Positions 32,260-43,716 of a stretch of 64,000 nucleotides of DNA are shown piece by piece. Within the stretch, counting starts at the first letter, position 1. The number at the start of each line of letters is the position of its first letter. The position numbers and the translations under genes were made by a program. Under the pieces are notes generated by a model. The model was not told the DNA's origin. It did not search any database and was given only the letters and a program-made list of their open reading frames with translations. Source of the DNA: an uncultured virus (IMG/VR IMGVR_UViG_3300020519_000004) (taxonomy: Duplodnaviria; Heunggongvirae; Uroviricota; Caudoviricetes); IMG/VR virus record IMGVR_UViG_3300020519_000004; one strand, given 5' to 3'.

Positions 32260-33033
32260 GTGCCATTAAATTTAATAGATTATGCCTCAGTGGGTGTCGA
32301 TAAGGTAAAGATTAAATTTGGTAGAACAGTCAAAATTAGTTCTATAACAGATAATAAGTTTATTGTTCAAACATCAGCTGCAACACCGACTATTGTATCT
32401 AGTCCATTTAAAGCAATAAACTCATTAGCTGACTATAATACAATATCTAGAACTCTTACTCTTTACTGGGATAAAGTCCTTGTTTCTGGTCAGGAATACT
32501 ATCTAAGAGTAGTGGGTATATTAGACGCTGCAAATGAAGTCGTAGCAGAAGAGTATATAAAATTTACAAAGCAAGATGCGGCTACTCCTTCTGGTTTCTC
32601 AACTTCTGTTGTTCCGGTGATAGAAGAGATTTTAGTAGAAGATAACTCAATTTTAACCGAAGCCTATAGTAGCTATCAAATTATAGCTAAAAATCCAGAA
32701 TTCTATATTGATTCTGTTGAGCCAAAAAATGGATCTTTTTACTTACCAAATGATAACAACAATGGAAGAGTCACCATTATTTTTAATGCCCGTCCAGCTT
32801 CTAACTTTTTATCCACTAAGTATTTTAAAGCTCAAAGAAAAAAAATCCAGAAGTCACCGTCTCGTTGGGAAAACGTTGAGACAGTTACGCAAATGCACTC
32901 TTGGAAGCCTGAGATATATATAGACTTTCCATCCTTAATAGATGCAACACCATCATATTATACTGAGAATAAAGATTATTTTGAAAAAGGTTATAAGTAT
33001 AGAATAACAGTTTCTAAAGATGTGGGTATATAA
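32260..33033 (+). CDS. Ig-like virion protein
   Basis: 257 aa, beta-rich; GAGGAG SD. Confidence 0.6.
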   Translation: MPLNLIDYASVGVDKVKIKFGRTVKISSITDNKFIVQTSAATPTIVSSPFKAINSLADYNTISRTLTLYWDKVLVSGQEYYLRVVGILDAANEVVAEEYIKFTKQDAATPSGFSTSVVPVIEEILVEDNSILTEAYSSYQIIAKNPEFYIDSVEPKNGSFYLPNDNNNGRVTIIFNARPASNFLSTKYFKAQRKKIQKSPSRWENVETVTQMHSWKPEIYIDFPSLIDATPSYYTENKDYFEKGYKYRITVSKDVGI

Positions 33034-33034
33034 G

Positions 33035-33445
33035 ATGGCTAATTTTGTATATAAAAAAGCAAAAGAATCCATGTTAAGTGGTGAAATAAATCTATCAACA
33101 AATAGTCTTAAAGTTGCATTTATAGATACTTCTTTGTATACACCAAATCAAAGCACCAATGAATTCTTATCAGATATACCAACATTGGCAAAAAAATATA
33201 GAAGTGAACCTTTAAGCAACGTATCTAATGATTTAGGGGTATTAGATGCAGATGACCTAACCATTGTTTACGATGGAGCACCATTTAATGCAATTGTTTT
33301 TTATCAATACGGTACAACTGATTCCAATTCAAGGTTAATAGCCTTTATAGACAATTCTGAAGGGCTACCTTTTGCCGGCACTGCGGAATCTTCGACAATG
33401 ACATTACAGTGGAATAATACTTCAACAAAAATTATTAGCTTATAG
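33035..33445 (+). CDS. structural protein
   Basis: MANFVYKKAKES...GVLDADD. Confidence 0.7.
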   Translation: MANFVYKKAKESMLSGEINLSTNSLKVAFIDTSLYTPNQSTNEFLSDIPTLAKKYRSEPLSNVSNDLGVLDADDLTIVYDGAPFNAIVFYQYGTTDSNSRLIAFIDNSEGLPFAGTAESSTMTLQWNNTSTKIISL

Positions 33446-33453
33446 GAAGATAT

Positions 33454-33807
33454 ATGGCAACAAATTATCCAAATCAATTAGATGTTTTAATAAATCCAAC
33501 AGCAACTGACAAACTCAATTCAAACACAGTACCACATCATCAACAGCATGCAAACTTAAACGATGCTGTAGAGGCAGTACAAACCGTATTGGGGCTTGCC
33601 CCAGCTGGTTCTCATCTTACGGTTAAAGATAGAATAATAGCAGTAGAGTCAAACATTAGTAGTATAAATGGATTAGGTGATGTTACTATAAGCAATGTCG
33701 GGACTAAAGATGTTTTAATTTACGATGGATCTCAATGGGTAAATAAGTCCGTTGAATCATTATCAAACAATAGCGCAGAGCTTAATATTAATGGAGGAAA
33801 TTTCTAA
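33454..33807 (+). CDS. fibre-associated protein
   Basis: 117 aa; HANLNDAVEAVQTVLG; ends INGGNF. Confidence 0.7.
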   Translation: MATNYPNQLDVLINPTATDKLNSNTVPHHQQHANLNDAVEAVQTVLGLAPAGSHLTVKDRIIAVESNISSINGLGDVTISNVGTKDVLIYDGSQWVNKSVESLSNNSAELNINGGNF

Positions 33808-35361
33808 ATGGCTAATATTTTGAGAATCAAAAGAAGGGCTGGTGGAGGCGTTGCGGGCGCACCTAGTTCGCTCAAAAATGCTGAGCTAGCGTTTAACGAA
33901 GTTGATAATATTCTTTATTATGGCTATGGAGACGATGGTACAGGCACAGCAAATACAGTACCAGCAATTGCTGGAATAGGCGCATTTGTATCATTAAGTT
34001 CTGATCAAACAATTACTGGAAATAAAACATTTACTGGTACAATAATTGTTCCAACACCAAGTGCAAACACTCACGCATCAACAAAGCTCTATGTTGACCA
34101 GCAGATATCCAATGTTAATAATACTATTTCAAACGTTGCCACATCATTTACAGTTGCGGGTGATTCTGGATCTAATCAAACAATTAGTTCAGGTACTGAT
34201 ACTTTAACCATTTCTGGTGGCACGGGACTATCCTCTGTTGCAAGTGCAACTGACACAATTACTTTAAATCTTGACAACACTACCGTAACTGGTGGTTCTT
34301 ACGGTGGTGCAGGAACGGTTGCTACGTTTACTGTAGATGCTCAAGGTCGTTTAACAGCAGCTGGAAATACGGCAATTTCTTTAACTTCCTCAAACCTTGA
34401 TAACACCGCAGTAACTGCTGGCTCTTATGGAGCTGCAAACTCGGTTGCTACATTTACGGTTGATGCAAAGGGTCGTTTAACGGCTGCTGGAAACTCAGCA
34501 ATTTCAATCACCGCTTCACAAATTAGTGACAAGGGCTCAAATCTGGTAACTGGTTTGACCGGTACTAATAACGAGATCACGGTTTCAAACTCTGGAGTTG
34601 GAGCTGTAACATTAGGTCTCCCAGCTAATGTTACGATTAGTAATAATCTAACTGTTACTGGAGATTTGATTGTTAATGGCAATACAACAACTCTTAACAC
34701 AGCAACGCTTGTTGTAGAAGATAAAAATATTGTTCTTGCAAATTCCGCATCACCAACAGATATAACTGCTGACGGTGCTGGTATCACAATTCTAGGTGCA
34801 ACAGATAAGACGTTCACCTGGGTTGATGCAACAGATGCGTGGACTTCGTCAGAAAATATGAATTTAGTTTCTGGTAAAGTTTATGAGATTAATGGAACAT
34901 CTGTATTAAGCAATACAACACTTGGTTCTAGCGTAGTCACCTCAAGCTTAACAGCAGTAGGAACAATTGCAACAGGTACCTGGCAGGGAACAGCTGTCGG
35001 CATTGCTTATGGTGGTACTGGTTCAACAACTGCTGATGGCGCAAGAACTGCATTAGGTCTTGCAATTGGATCAAACGTACAAGCTTATAGTTCAATATTG
35101 GCAAACGTTGCTGCTGGAACTTATTCTGGTGATGATGACATTGTAACAGTTGGAACAATCACCGCTGGAACATGGAGTGGTACAGCAATTGCTGCCACTA
35201 AGGGTGGTACTGGATTTACAACTTATACAACTGGAGATTTGGTTTACGCTAGCGCAGCAAACACATTGTCTAAATTGTCAATAGGTTCTAGTGGACAAGT
35301 TCTACAAGTTATAGCTGGAGTTCCAACATGGAGTGACACAATAGACGGTGGAACTTTCTAA
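33808..35361 (+). CDS. tail/head fibre protein
   Basis: 517 aa Thr/Gly-rich; TVDAQGRLTAA repeats; ends IDGGTF. Confidence 0.85.
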   Translation: MANILRIKRRAGGGVAGAPSSLKNAELAFNEVDNILYYGYGDDGTGTANTVPAIAGIGAFVSLSSDQTITGNKTFTGTIIVPTPSANTHASTKLYVDQQISNVNNTISNVATSFTVAGDSGSNQTISSGTDTLTISGGTGLSSVASATDTITLNLDNTTVTGGSYGGAGTVATFTVDAQGRLTAAGNTAISLTSSNLDNTAVTAGSYGAANSVATFTVDAKGRLTAAGNSAISITASQISDKGSNLVTGLTGTNNEITVSNSGVGAVTLGLPANVTISNNLTVTGDLIVNGNTTTLNTATLVVEDKNIVLANSASPTDITADGAGITILGATDKTFTWVDATDAWTSSENMNLVSGKVYEINGTSVLSNTTLGSSVVTSSLTAVGTIATGTWQGTAVGIAYGGTGSTTADGARTALGLAIGSNVQAYSSILANVAAGTYSGDDDIVTVGTITAGTWSGTAIAATKGGTGFTTYTTGDLVYASAANTLSKLSIGSSGQVLQVIAGVPTWSDTIDGGTF

Positions 35362-35380
35362 ATAAAGGAAAGGTTTTATA

Positions 35381-38300
35381 GTGGCTAATCCAAGTATTAC
35401 CGGCAATCAAATAGCCATTGATCCTATTTCTGGAGTATTCTTCTTCAAAAATAGCAATGGTTCATTAGTTAGTTCATCTTTGAATTTACTTCAAACTTCG
35501 AATACTCAAATAACAACAGAAGATAGTGTTCAAGTTTCTGGAAATTTAGTAGTTTCTGGAAATCTTACCGTTAATGGCACTATCGTCACAGTAAACACAG
35601 AATCAATTGTTATTGAAGATAAAAATATTGAACTTGCTAACGTATCATCACCATCTAACGTGACAGCAGATGGTGGTGGAATAACATTAAAGGGAACTAC
35701 AGATAAAACTTTTAACTGGAGCAATAGCACCGCATCTTGGACTTCTTCTGAAAACATAGATCTTGCATCTGGTAAAACATTTAAGATTAATGGAACAGAA
35801 GTATTATCAGCAAATGCATATACTGGCTCAGCAGCAAAATGGACCAATGCTAGATTAATTACTTTAGGTGGCGACCTATCTGGAAATGTCTCGATAGATG
35901 GCTCTGCTAACGTAACTCTTACTGCAACTATAGTTGCTAATTCTGTAGCTTTAGGTACTGACACAACTGGTGATTATGTTGCTTCTCTAGTTGCCGGAAC
36001 AGGAATTTCTTTAGCTAATAACTCTGGAGAAACTACTACTCCAACAATAACACTTAATGCAACAATAGATGATCTAACAGATGTTACTTTAACCACTCCA
36101 GCCAATGGTGACTTCTTTAGATACAATGGATCTGTTTGGATTAATGATGCTATTAATTTATCTACAGATACAATAGGTGATTACGTAGATCACCTTAGTG
36201 CGGGCACTGGCATAACGATTACTAACAATTCTGGTGAAGCTTCAGTTCCAACTATCTCAATTCCTCAATCAGTTGCCACCAATGCAAACGTTGCCTTCAA
36301 TCAGGTAACAGCTGCTTTAGTGGGTGCAGTCACAGGTAACGTAACTGGAAACATAACTGGAAATGTTACTGGAAATGTTACTGGAAATGTTACTGGTGAT
36401 TTAACTGGAAATAGCAATGGAGTTCACACTGGCAATGTAACCGGTACAGCAAGCAATGCATTAGTTTGGACCAATCAAAGAAAAATTACTTTAGATGGTG
36501 ACGTAACTGGTAACGTATTTATAGACGGAAGCGCTAACGTAACAATAACAACAACAATTGCTTCTAACTCCGTAGAGCTTGGTGCCGATACGACAGGTCA
36601 ATATGTAGCAAACTTAGTTTCGGGCACTGGTATAACAATAACTGATAATTCCGGTGAAGGAATGACACCAGTTATTAAAATAGCAGATTCTTATACTACA
36701 AACATGGTTTCTAATATAGCAAACTCCGCAGCAAGCGTAAGCACATATGCTGACGGTGTTGGAAACACTGCCTATTCAAATGCAGTAACTTACGTCAACA
36801 ATAGAACATTGAATGACTTTACGGAAGTAGTTATTACTACTCCAACTTCAGATAACCTATTAATGTATAACGGTTCTGCTTGGATTAATCAAGCTGTTAA
36901 TATAAATAGATTATCAGATGTTAATGTTAACCCTAGCACTCTTGGCGCTTATCAAGTGCTTAAATACGATAGCAACACTTCACAGTGGGTTAATGGCACA
37001 GTTGATTGGGAGCTTCCTGTTGGTCTAGCTTATAACACCACTTTGGGAGATGGCACAAACAGTACATTTACTAAAACTCACGGACTAGGCACCCGAGATA
37101 TTTACGTAACATGCAGGACTACAAATGCACCGTATGAAGTTGTAGAGGTAAGGTGGGCAGCAACAGATCTCAATAATGTTACATTTACATTTTCTACAGC
37201 ACCATCGAGTGATTCAATTTCAGTAACAATATTTTCTAACGTCTCTAGTTCTATGCTAAATGCTCCATCTTTAGGCAGTTTAGATGACTTTGTTATTGCT
37301 GGTGCTGGGATTACTGCAGGGCAATACATTGTGTGGAATGGTAGTAAGTGGTACAACAAAACATTACTACTTGATGATGCATCTGATGTACAAATTAACA
37401 CCTTAACCACTGGTGATATCTTAAGATATGATGGAACCTTTTGGGTAAACGACCCAATTAATCTTGGTACAGATACAGTTGGTGGATATATTACATCGCT
37501 TGTAGCCGGAACTGGTATTACGCTAATTAATAATACAGGCGAAGGTGCAACGCCAACTATAACGGTTGATACTTCAGTTATTCAAGCACGTGTTGCTAAT
37601 GTTACTGACACAGAAATTGGATACTTAGACGGTGTAACTTCGGCAATTCAAACACAGATAAATAACAAACTTGATTCGTCAACAGCTGGAACTACTTATG
37701 CGCCTTTGGCTAATCCTACGTTTACAGGAACAGTTGCGGGTATTTCAGCAACAATGGTTGGTCTTGGTTCTGTTGACAACACGGCTGATACCGCTAAACC
37801 AGTTTCTATTGCTCAACAAAACGCTCTTGATCTAAAAGCAAATGTGGCTTCACCAACATTTACGGGAACGGTAACTATCCCAGCAGGCGCTTCAATTTCT
37901 GGTTTTGCAACACTTGCTGATCCTACGTTCACAGGAAATGTTTCTGGTATTACAAAAACAATGGTTGGTCTAGGTAACGTTGATAATACAACAGATCTTG
38001 GAAAACCAATATCAAATGCTGTTCAAACAGCACTTGACTTAAAAGCTCCTCTTGCAAATGCTACATTTACAGGCACAATAACCCTTCCTTCGAATACGGT
38101 TACATCTTCGATGATTATGGATGGAACTATTGCCAATGTTGATATCAGCGCATCGGCTGCAATTGATTATTCTAAATTATCATTAAGTAACTCGATTGCT
38201 ACTACCGACTTAGTATCTGGTGCAGCTAGGGCAGGATTCAATTCAACATTAAGAACAGTTACCTCAAGTAATACTCTTGTAATTTCAGATCTTGCTAAAT

Positions 38301-38545
38301 TAATAGTAGTAAATAGCTCTTCTACTGCTAATATTACGGTGCCTGCAGATGATACAGTTAATTTTAATGTTGGTGATAGAATAGATTTTGTTACAATTAA
38401 TACTGGTTTAGTAACATTTATTGCTGGAGGTGGAGTTAACGTATATGGCACTCCTGGTCTTAATTTGCGTACACAATACTCTGGTGCTACACTAGTTAAA
38501 CTAGCCACTAATACCTGGGTAGCAATGGGTGATCTAAAGGCCTAA
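35381..38545 (+). CDS. long fibre protein
   Basis: 1054 aa; GNVT repeats, LGNVDNT, APLANPTFTG motifs. Confidence 0.85.
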   Translation: MANPSITGNQIAIDPISGVFFFKNSNGSLVSSSLNLLQTSNTQITTEDSVQVSGNLVVSGNLTVNGTIVTVNTESIVIEDKNIELANVSSPSNVTADGGGITLKGTTDKTFNWSNSTASWTSSENIDLASGKTFKINGTEVLSANAYTGSAAKWTNARLITLGGDLSGNVSIDGSANVTLTATIVANSVALGTDTTGDYVASLVAGTGISLANNSGETTTPTITLNATIDDLTDVTLTTPANGDFFRYNGSVWINDAINLSTDTIGDYVDHLSAGTGITITNNSGEASVPTISIPQSVATNANVAFNQVTAALVGAVTGNVTGNITGNVTGNVTGNVTGDLTGNSNGVHTGNVTGTASNALVWTNQRKITLDGDVTGNVFIDGSANVTITTTIASNSVELGADTTGQYVANLVSGTGITITDNSGEGMTPVIKIADSYTTNMVSNIANSAASVSTYADGVGNTAYSNAVTYVNNRTLNDFTEVVITTPTSDNLLMYNGSAWINQAVNINRLSDVNVNPSTLGAYQVLKYDSNTSQWVNGTVDWELPVGLAYNTTLGDGTNSTFTKTHGLGTRDIYVTCRTTNAPYEVVEVRWAATDLNNVTFTFSTAPSSDSISVTIFSNVSSSMLNAPSLGSLDDFVIAGAGITAGQYIVWNGSKWYNKTLLLDDASDVQINTLTTGDILRYDGTFWVNDPINLGTDTVGGYITSLVAGTGITLINNTGEGATPTITVDTSVIQARVANVTDTEIGYLDGVTSAIQTQINNKLDSSTAGTTYAPLANPTFTGTVAGISATMVGLGSVDNTADTAKPVSIAQQNALDLKANVASPTFTGTVTIPAGASISGFATLADPTFTGNVSGITKTMVGLGNVDNTTDLGKPISNAVQTALDLKAPLANATFTGTITLPSNTVTSSMIMDGTIANVDISASAAIDYSKLSLSNSIATTDLVSGAARAGFNSTLRTVTSSNTLVISDLAKLIVVNSSSTANITVPADDTVNFNVGDRIDFVTINTGLVTFIAGGGVNVYGTPGLNLRTQYSGATLVKLATNTWVAMGDLKA
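36335..36410 (+). repeat. 12-bp tandem repeat encoding GNVT
   Basis: GGAAATGTTACT x3 plus degenerate copies. Confidence 0.85.
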
Positions 38546-38547
38546 TT

Positions 38548-39052
38548 ATGACAGTTCCAATAGGCAGTTCGGGCCGGTTCAAGAAGAGCAACCAAACCCT
38601 TAATTGCGCAAAAGGCAACAAAGTCTACTGCTAACGCTGCAATCATTGCCGCTGGTTTTGTTGTTGGCACCGTAAGTAATACGGCAACACAAGATAATAC
38701 TTTAAATGATGTTGTACACACTGCGTTAACCGATAGTAGTGTGGCACTATTAGGTAGCGCCATTAACTATACCGTAGGAGCTTTTTCTCCACCAACATTC
38801 TTTGGTCCTCCAAGCTTCTTTGGTCCTCCAGGATTCTTTGGTCCTCCAGGATTCTTTGGTCCTCCAGGATTCTTTGTCCCTCCATCTTGTGGTTCCTGTG
38901 GGGATGGTGGCAGTTCAATAGTTCAGTGTTGTGCAGGCAACTGCTTTAAAACTGTATATAAAAATGCATGTGGAGTTGCTTGTTCGGAAACTGGGTGTGG
39001 CGGTCCAGGCTGCTGTGCAGTTCATGGTAGTTGTTCGGGTGTCGGATGCTAG
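38548..39052 (+). CDS. PASTA-like domain + (FFGPPG)n + Cys-rich tail; +1 shift at CGG 38575
   Basis: ATG 38548 right after the upstream stop; 167 aa joined; paralogue of 47308-47695. Confidence 0.75.
38783..38886 (+). repeat. 18-bp tandem repeat encoding FFGPPG
   Basis: TTCTTTGGTCCTCCAGGA, about 5-6 copies. Confidence 0.9.
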
Positions 39053-39114
39053 TAACTGATTTTTATGGTAAAATGTATAACTGCAAATAATATCTTAAGG
39101 AGATTATTTTAATT

Positions 39115-39315
39115 ATGAATACAGAAGCATATTATTTTTTTATCATTGATGGAGAAGTTGTTTGGAAACAAACAGTAGAAATAAAAGCAGAAATGGAGAT
39201 GGTTAATGCAATATTCTCATCTGATCCAAAAGTTGTAAGAGCTCCAGATGAGTTGGCTAAAACTATCAGAGTAGGTTGGAAATATGATGGCACTAACTTT
39301 ATTCCTCCAGCATAA
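39115..39315 (+). CDS. hypothetical protein
   Basis: 66 aa; ends VGWKYDGTNFIPP. Confidence 0.7.
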   Translation: MNTEAYYFFIIDGEVVWKQTVEIKAEMEMVNAIFSSDPKVVRAPDELAKTIRVGWKYDGTNFIPPA

Positions 39316-39320
39316 CCAAC

Positions 39321-39548
39321 ATGACACCTTGGCAAGAATATAAGAAAAAATTAGGTACAACACGTCCTTGGGATGTGTTTAATCCAAGCATAGAACATAC
39401 CTCCGAAGAAGCAGCATCAAGCAGATATAGTACTTGTCTTGAATGCGATAGGCTGATAAAAGCTACAAGGCAATGCAAAGAATGCGGATGCGTTATGCCA
39501 CTGAAAGTAAAGCTAAAAGCAGCAGTTTGCCCCTTGGGTAAATGGTAA
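39321..39548 (+). CDS. small Cys-rich protein (DUF6171-like)
   Basis: CLECD...QCKECGC...CPLGKW. Confidence 0.7.
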   Translation: MTPWQEYKKKLGTTRPWDVFNPSIEHTSEEAASSRYSTCLECDRLIKATRQCKECGCVMPLKVKLKAAVCPLGKW

Positions 39549-39670
39549 TATTTAATTTTCATAATACGTAATTATATGTTAATATAGATTTATAAGTTTA
39601 TGCATTGGATTATTTAGTGTCATGATTACTATTTATCATAGTAGATTTTTAAAAAAGGAAGAGGTGCCTT

Positions 39671-42611
39671 GTGGCTTATAATGGATCCCAGTTTGCGGTA
39701 AATAATACTCTCTTACTAAAGAGATCAGACGAGGCAGCAAATGCGCCAACTTCACTAGCTGAGGGTGAATTAGCAATCAACGTTGTTGATGGTAAATTGT
39801 TTTATAAGAATAAAACAGCTAATGCTATAATACGGAATTAATTTAATATCCAATGTTGTTGGCACCGCAAATCAAGTTTCAGTAACTGCCAATGCTACTT
39901 CTGGAGTTTATACCCTAAGTCTTCCATCTACTATTCAGACTAGTCAAGCTAATGTTTCAACTCTATTTGTTGACGGAATTGAAATTGATACAACTGGAGC
40001 TACAACCAATCAAGTTCTAAAATTTAATGGAACTAAGTTTGCACCAGATGCCGATACCGGTTTAGCTGGAACAGTTCATACTTCAACTATTGGAGATGGC
40101 ACAACTTCTACATTTACCATTACTCACTCATTGGGAACAAGAGATGTTGTAGTTGTTGCGCGCAATGCAGCAAGCCCATATGAAGTCATTGATGTTCGTT
40201 GGGAAGCCACAACAACTGGAACTGTTACTCTAGATTTTTCAACCGCACCTTCTTCAAGCTCGGTTAGAGTTGGTGTTTATGCAGCTGTTGCTGGCTCTAC
40301 TATCTCAATAGCTTCAATTGATGATCTAGGTGATGTTACCCTTTCTTCAGCCGCCAATGGAGACTTCCTTCGTTATAACGGTTCAGTTTGGATTAACGAC
40401 GCAGTAAATCTTTCAACTGATACTATTGGAGATTATGTTTCTAGTTTAGTAGCTGGAACTGCAATTACTCTTTCTAATAATACCGGTGAAGGCTCTACTC
40501 CAACAATAGCAGTAACAGCAAATACTTTTGATGCGTTTGGTGCAGCCTCATCTGCCCAATCCAATGCACAAACTTTTGCTACAAACTTAGTCGCAAACGT
40601 AGCCACTTCATTTGAAGTTGCTGGCGATTCTGGAACAAGCAAGACAATCACTTCTGGTTCAGATACTCTCAGCATTTTGGGTGGTACGGGTTTAACATCT
40701 GTAACATCCAATACTGATACTGTCACGATTAATCTTGATAACACAGCTGTTACTGCTGGTTCCTATGGAAACGCAAGCACTGCAGCTAGTATTACCGTTG
40801 ATGCACAAGGTCGTTTGACTTCAGCTTCGCAAAATGCAATTAGCATTCTTGCCAGTCAAGTTTCAGACTTTGCCGCCAACACAAGAGCACAGATAAGCGT
40901 TTCTGGAGATCTTGCTTATAACTCAAGCACTGGTGTAATTAGTTTCACAAATGACGCTGGAGATATCGAATCGGTTACAGCTGGTACTGGACTTACTGGT
41001 GGTGGCACCTCTGGTGCAGTTACCCTCGACTTGGCCAACACAGCTGTAACTGCTGGTAACTATGGTTCTGCGGGTACTGTTGGAACCTTTACAGTTGATG
41101 CACAAGGTCGCCTAACTGCTGCTAGTAATTCAGCAATTTCAATCACTGCTTCGCAGATCAGCGACAAGGGTACAAACCTTGTTACTGGTTTGACAGGAAC
41201 TGCAAATGAAATTGCGGTTTCTAATTCTGGCGTTGGTGCGGTAACATTAAGTCTTCCAGCTAACGTAACGATTTCAAATAACTTAGTTGTCACTGGAGAC
41301 TTGACAGTTAGTGGTAACACAACAACTGTTAACACAGAACAGTTGAACGTTGAAGATAATATTATCACATTAAACTCTGGCGTTACAGGTGCCCCAACAT
41401 TAAATAGTGGCATAGAAGTCAATAGAGGAACATCAACAGATGTTTCAATTCTTTGGAATGAAACTACCGATAAATGGACATTCACAAATGATGGAACAAA
41501 CTACGTTAACATTGCTAGTAACTCGGACATTGCAAACGTAGCAACAGCTTTTACGGTAGCTGGAGATAGTGGATCAAGTCAGACAATAACTTCTGGTACA
41601 GATACATTAACAATATCTGGTGGCACTGGTTTGACATCTGTAGCTGGCGCAACAGATACAATCACATTAAACCTTGATAACACAGCTGTCACAGCAGGAT
41701 CATATGGAAACGCAAGCACCGTACCCAACTATACGGTCGATGCACAGGGTCGTTTGACCGCAGCTGCAAATACTTCAATTAGCATTCTTGCAAGCCAAGT
41801 TTCGGACTTTTCCGCAAACACAAGAGCGCAAATAAGTGTTTCAGGCGACCTAGCATATAACTCAAGTACTGGTGTGATCAGCTTCACAAATGATGCAGGT
41901 GACATTGAATCGGTCACTGCTGGTACTGGACTTAGTGGTGGTGGCACCTCTGGTGCAGTTACCGTTAGCCTGGCCTCAACAGCTGTAACAGCTGGTAGTT
42001 ATGGTAGCTCGTCTTCCGTAGGAACATTCACCGTAGACGCTCAGGGACGCCTCACAGCAGCTTCTAACTCGTCTATCTCGATTACTGCCAGCCAGGTCTC
42101 AGACTTCACTGAGGCAGCTCAGGACGCTGTAGAAGGCGCGATAACGGCAGGTACGGGTGTAACCAAGGCCTATAACGACAGTGCTAATACAATCAGCCTC
42201 TCAATTGGCCAGGACGTTGCCACCAACGCAGCAGTTACCTTTGGTAGCGTAGCAACTGGAGCAATAACACTTGATTCTGGAACTGGTGAACTTAATACTT
42301 CAACTCAAGTAGTTACCGTGAACACGGTCACAACAGTTGATAGCTTTGATAAGACAGTTTACAGAACAGCTAAGTACCTTGTTCAAGTAACCCAGGGATC
42401 AAAGTACACAACTTCTGAAGTTCTTTTGGCTCATGATGGTACTGATTCCTATATGTCGGAGTATGCAGTAATTGAGCTTGGAGCATCAAGAATACCAATG
42501 ACTGTATCAACTTCAATTTCTTCAGGAAACGTATTATTAAGAGTTACGATTACAGATGCCGCATCAACAAATGCAACAGTCAAGGTAGCAAGAACGCTTA
42601 TAGCAGTGTGA
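39671..42611 (+). CDS. long fibre protein; +1 shift at CGG 39833
   Basis: GTG 39671 with GAGG SD; N-terminus LKRS..APTSLAEGELAIN resembles that of 33808; 979 aa. Confidence 0.85.
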
Positions 42612-42663
42612 TATAATAGTAATTAAGTTTTAAAATATAAAACTAGAGGGACAGTGAACTTTA

Positions 42664-43695
42664 GTGGCTAATAAAGATTTCATAGTAAAAAATAGTCTTA
42701 TTGTTGGCTCTACCGTAACAATCAACGGTATTGAGCTAGATCTGGCTGGAATCACTACCGGTCAAGTATTAACCTATAATGGTAGTAAGCTTTCTGCTAC
42801 AAATATAGCAGACACACTGCCATCAAATATATCTTCTTATTCACAGACTATTGGCAATGGATCCAGTAGTACATTTACCATAACACACAATCTAGGCACA
42901 AAAGATGTTGTTGTTTTAGTTTCATCTACAGGTAATGAATACGATGATAGTGCAACTCCTCAATTAATTCCGGCATCCAATATAGAGGTTAGATGGGAAT
43001 CTGCTACTGATAATTCTATTTTTTTAGAGTTTGAAAAAGCACCGATAAGTAATTCTAGAAAAGTTTTAATTTTTTCTGCTGGTTCAGAAGTTTATTATTC
43101 AGAAATAATTGGTGATGGTGTTAGTTCTTCCATAGAATTAAATCACAACCTAGGATCCAGAGAAGCCGTTGTAGTTGTTTACAATGCTAGCTCTCCCTAT
43201 GAAGTTGTAGAAGTAGCAGTTCAAGCCTACTCTACTCAAAAAATAATTTTAGACTTCTCTAAAGCTCCTCAAACGAATTCTTTAATAGCTTGTGTATTTT
43301 TGCCATTAAATGGTTATTCTTATGGAGAAATGATTGGTAATAACAGTAGTAAAACTTTTACCATAAATCATAAATTAAATACACTAGATATAGGAATTAT
43401 TTCAAGAGATACTAGCGGCTTATTTGATTTTCCTAAAGTAAGATATGAGTTGATAGATGAAAACAATGTAAAACTATATTATTCATCTGCTCCTGCAAAT
43501 AATTCAAGATACATTACGGTTTACGCTGGTTTAGGTGGAAGAATAAACATTCCATCATTTGATGATATCTCAGTAGATGTTCCACCCACACCCTCTAGCT
43601 CCGGAAATATTGGAGATATGGCTTGGGATGAATCTTTCATATACATATGCATAGCTACAAATACTTGGAAGAGATCCGCTTTGACAACTTGGTAA
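42664..43695 (+). CDS. fibre-related protein with three IG(N/D)G...HxL repeats
   Basis: 343 aa; repeat also present in the 35381 and 39671 proteins. Confidence 0.75.
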   Translation: MANKDFIVKNSLIVGSTVTINGIELDLAGITTGQVLTYNGSKLSATNIADTLPSNISSYSQTIGNGSSSTFTITHNLGTKDVVVLVSSTGNEYDDSATPQLIPASNIEVRWESATDNSIFLEFEKAPISNSRKVLIFSAGSEVYYSEIIGDGVSSSIELNHNLGSREAVVVVYNASSPYEVVEVAVQAYSTQKIILDFSKAPQTNSLIACVFLPLNGYSYGEMIGNNSSKTFTINHKLNTLDIGIISRDTSGLFDFPKVRYELIDENNVKLYYSSAPANNSRYITVYAGLGGRINIPSFDDISVDVPPTPSSSGNIGDMAWDESFIYICIATNTWKRSALTTW

Positions 43696-43709
43696 TAAGT
43701 TGCTATAAT
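43681..43709 (+). promoter_or_regulatory. consensus sigma70/sigmaA promoter, leaderless mRNA
   Basis: TTGACA-17 nt-TATAAT with TG extension; ATG 7 nt downstream at 43717. Confidence 0.85.
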
Positions 43710-43716
43710 TGTTTCT

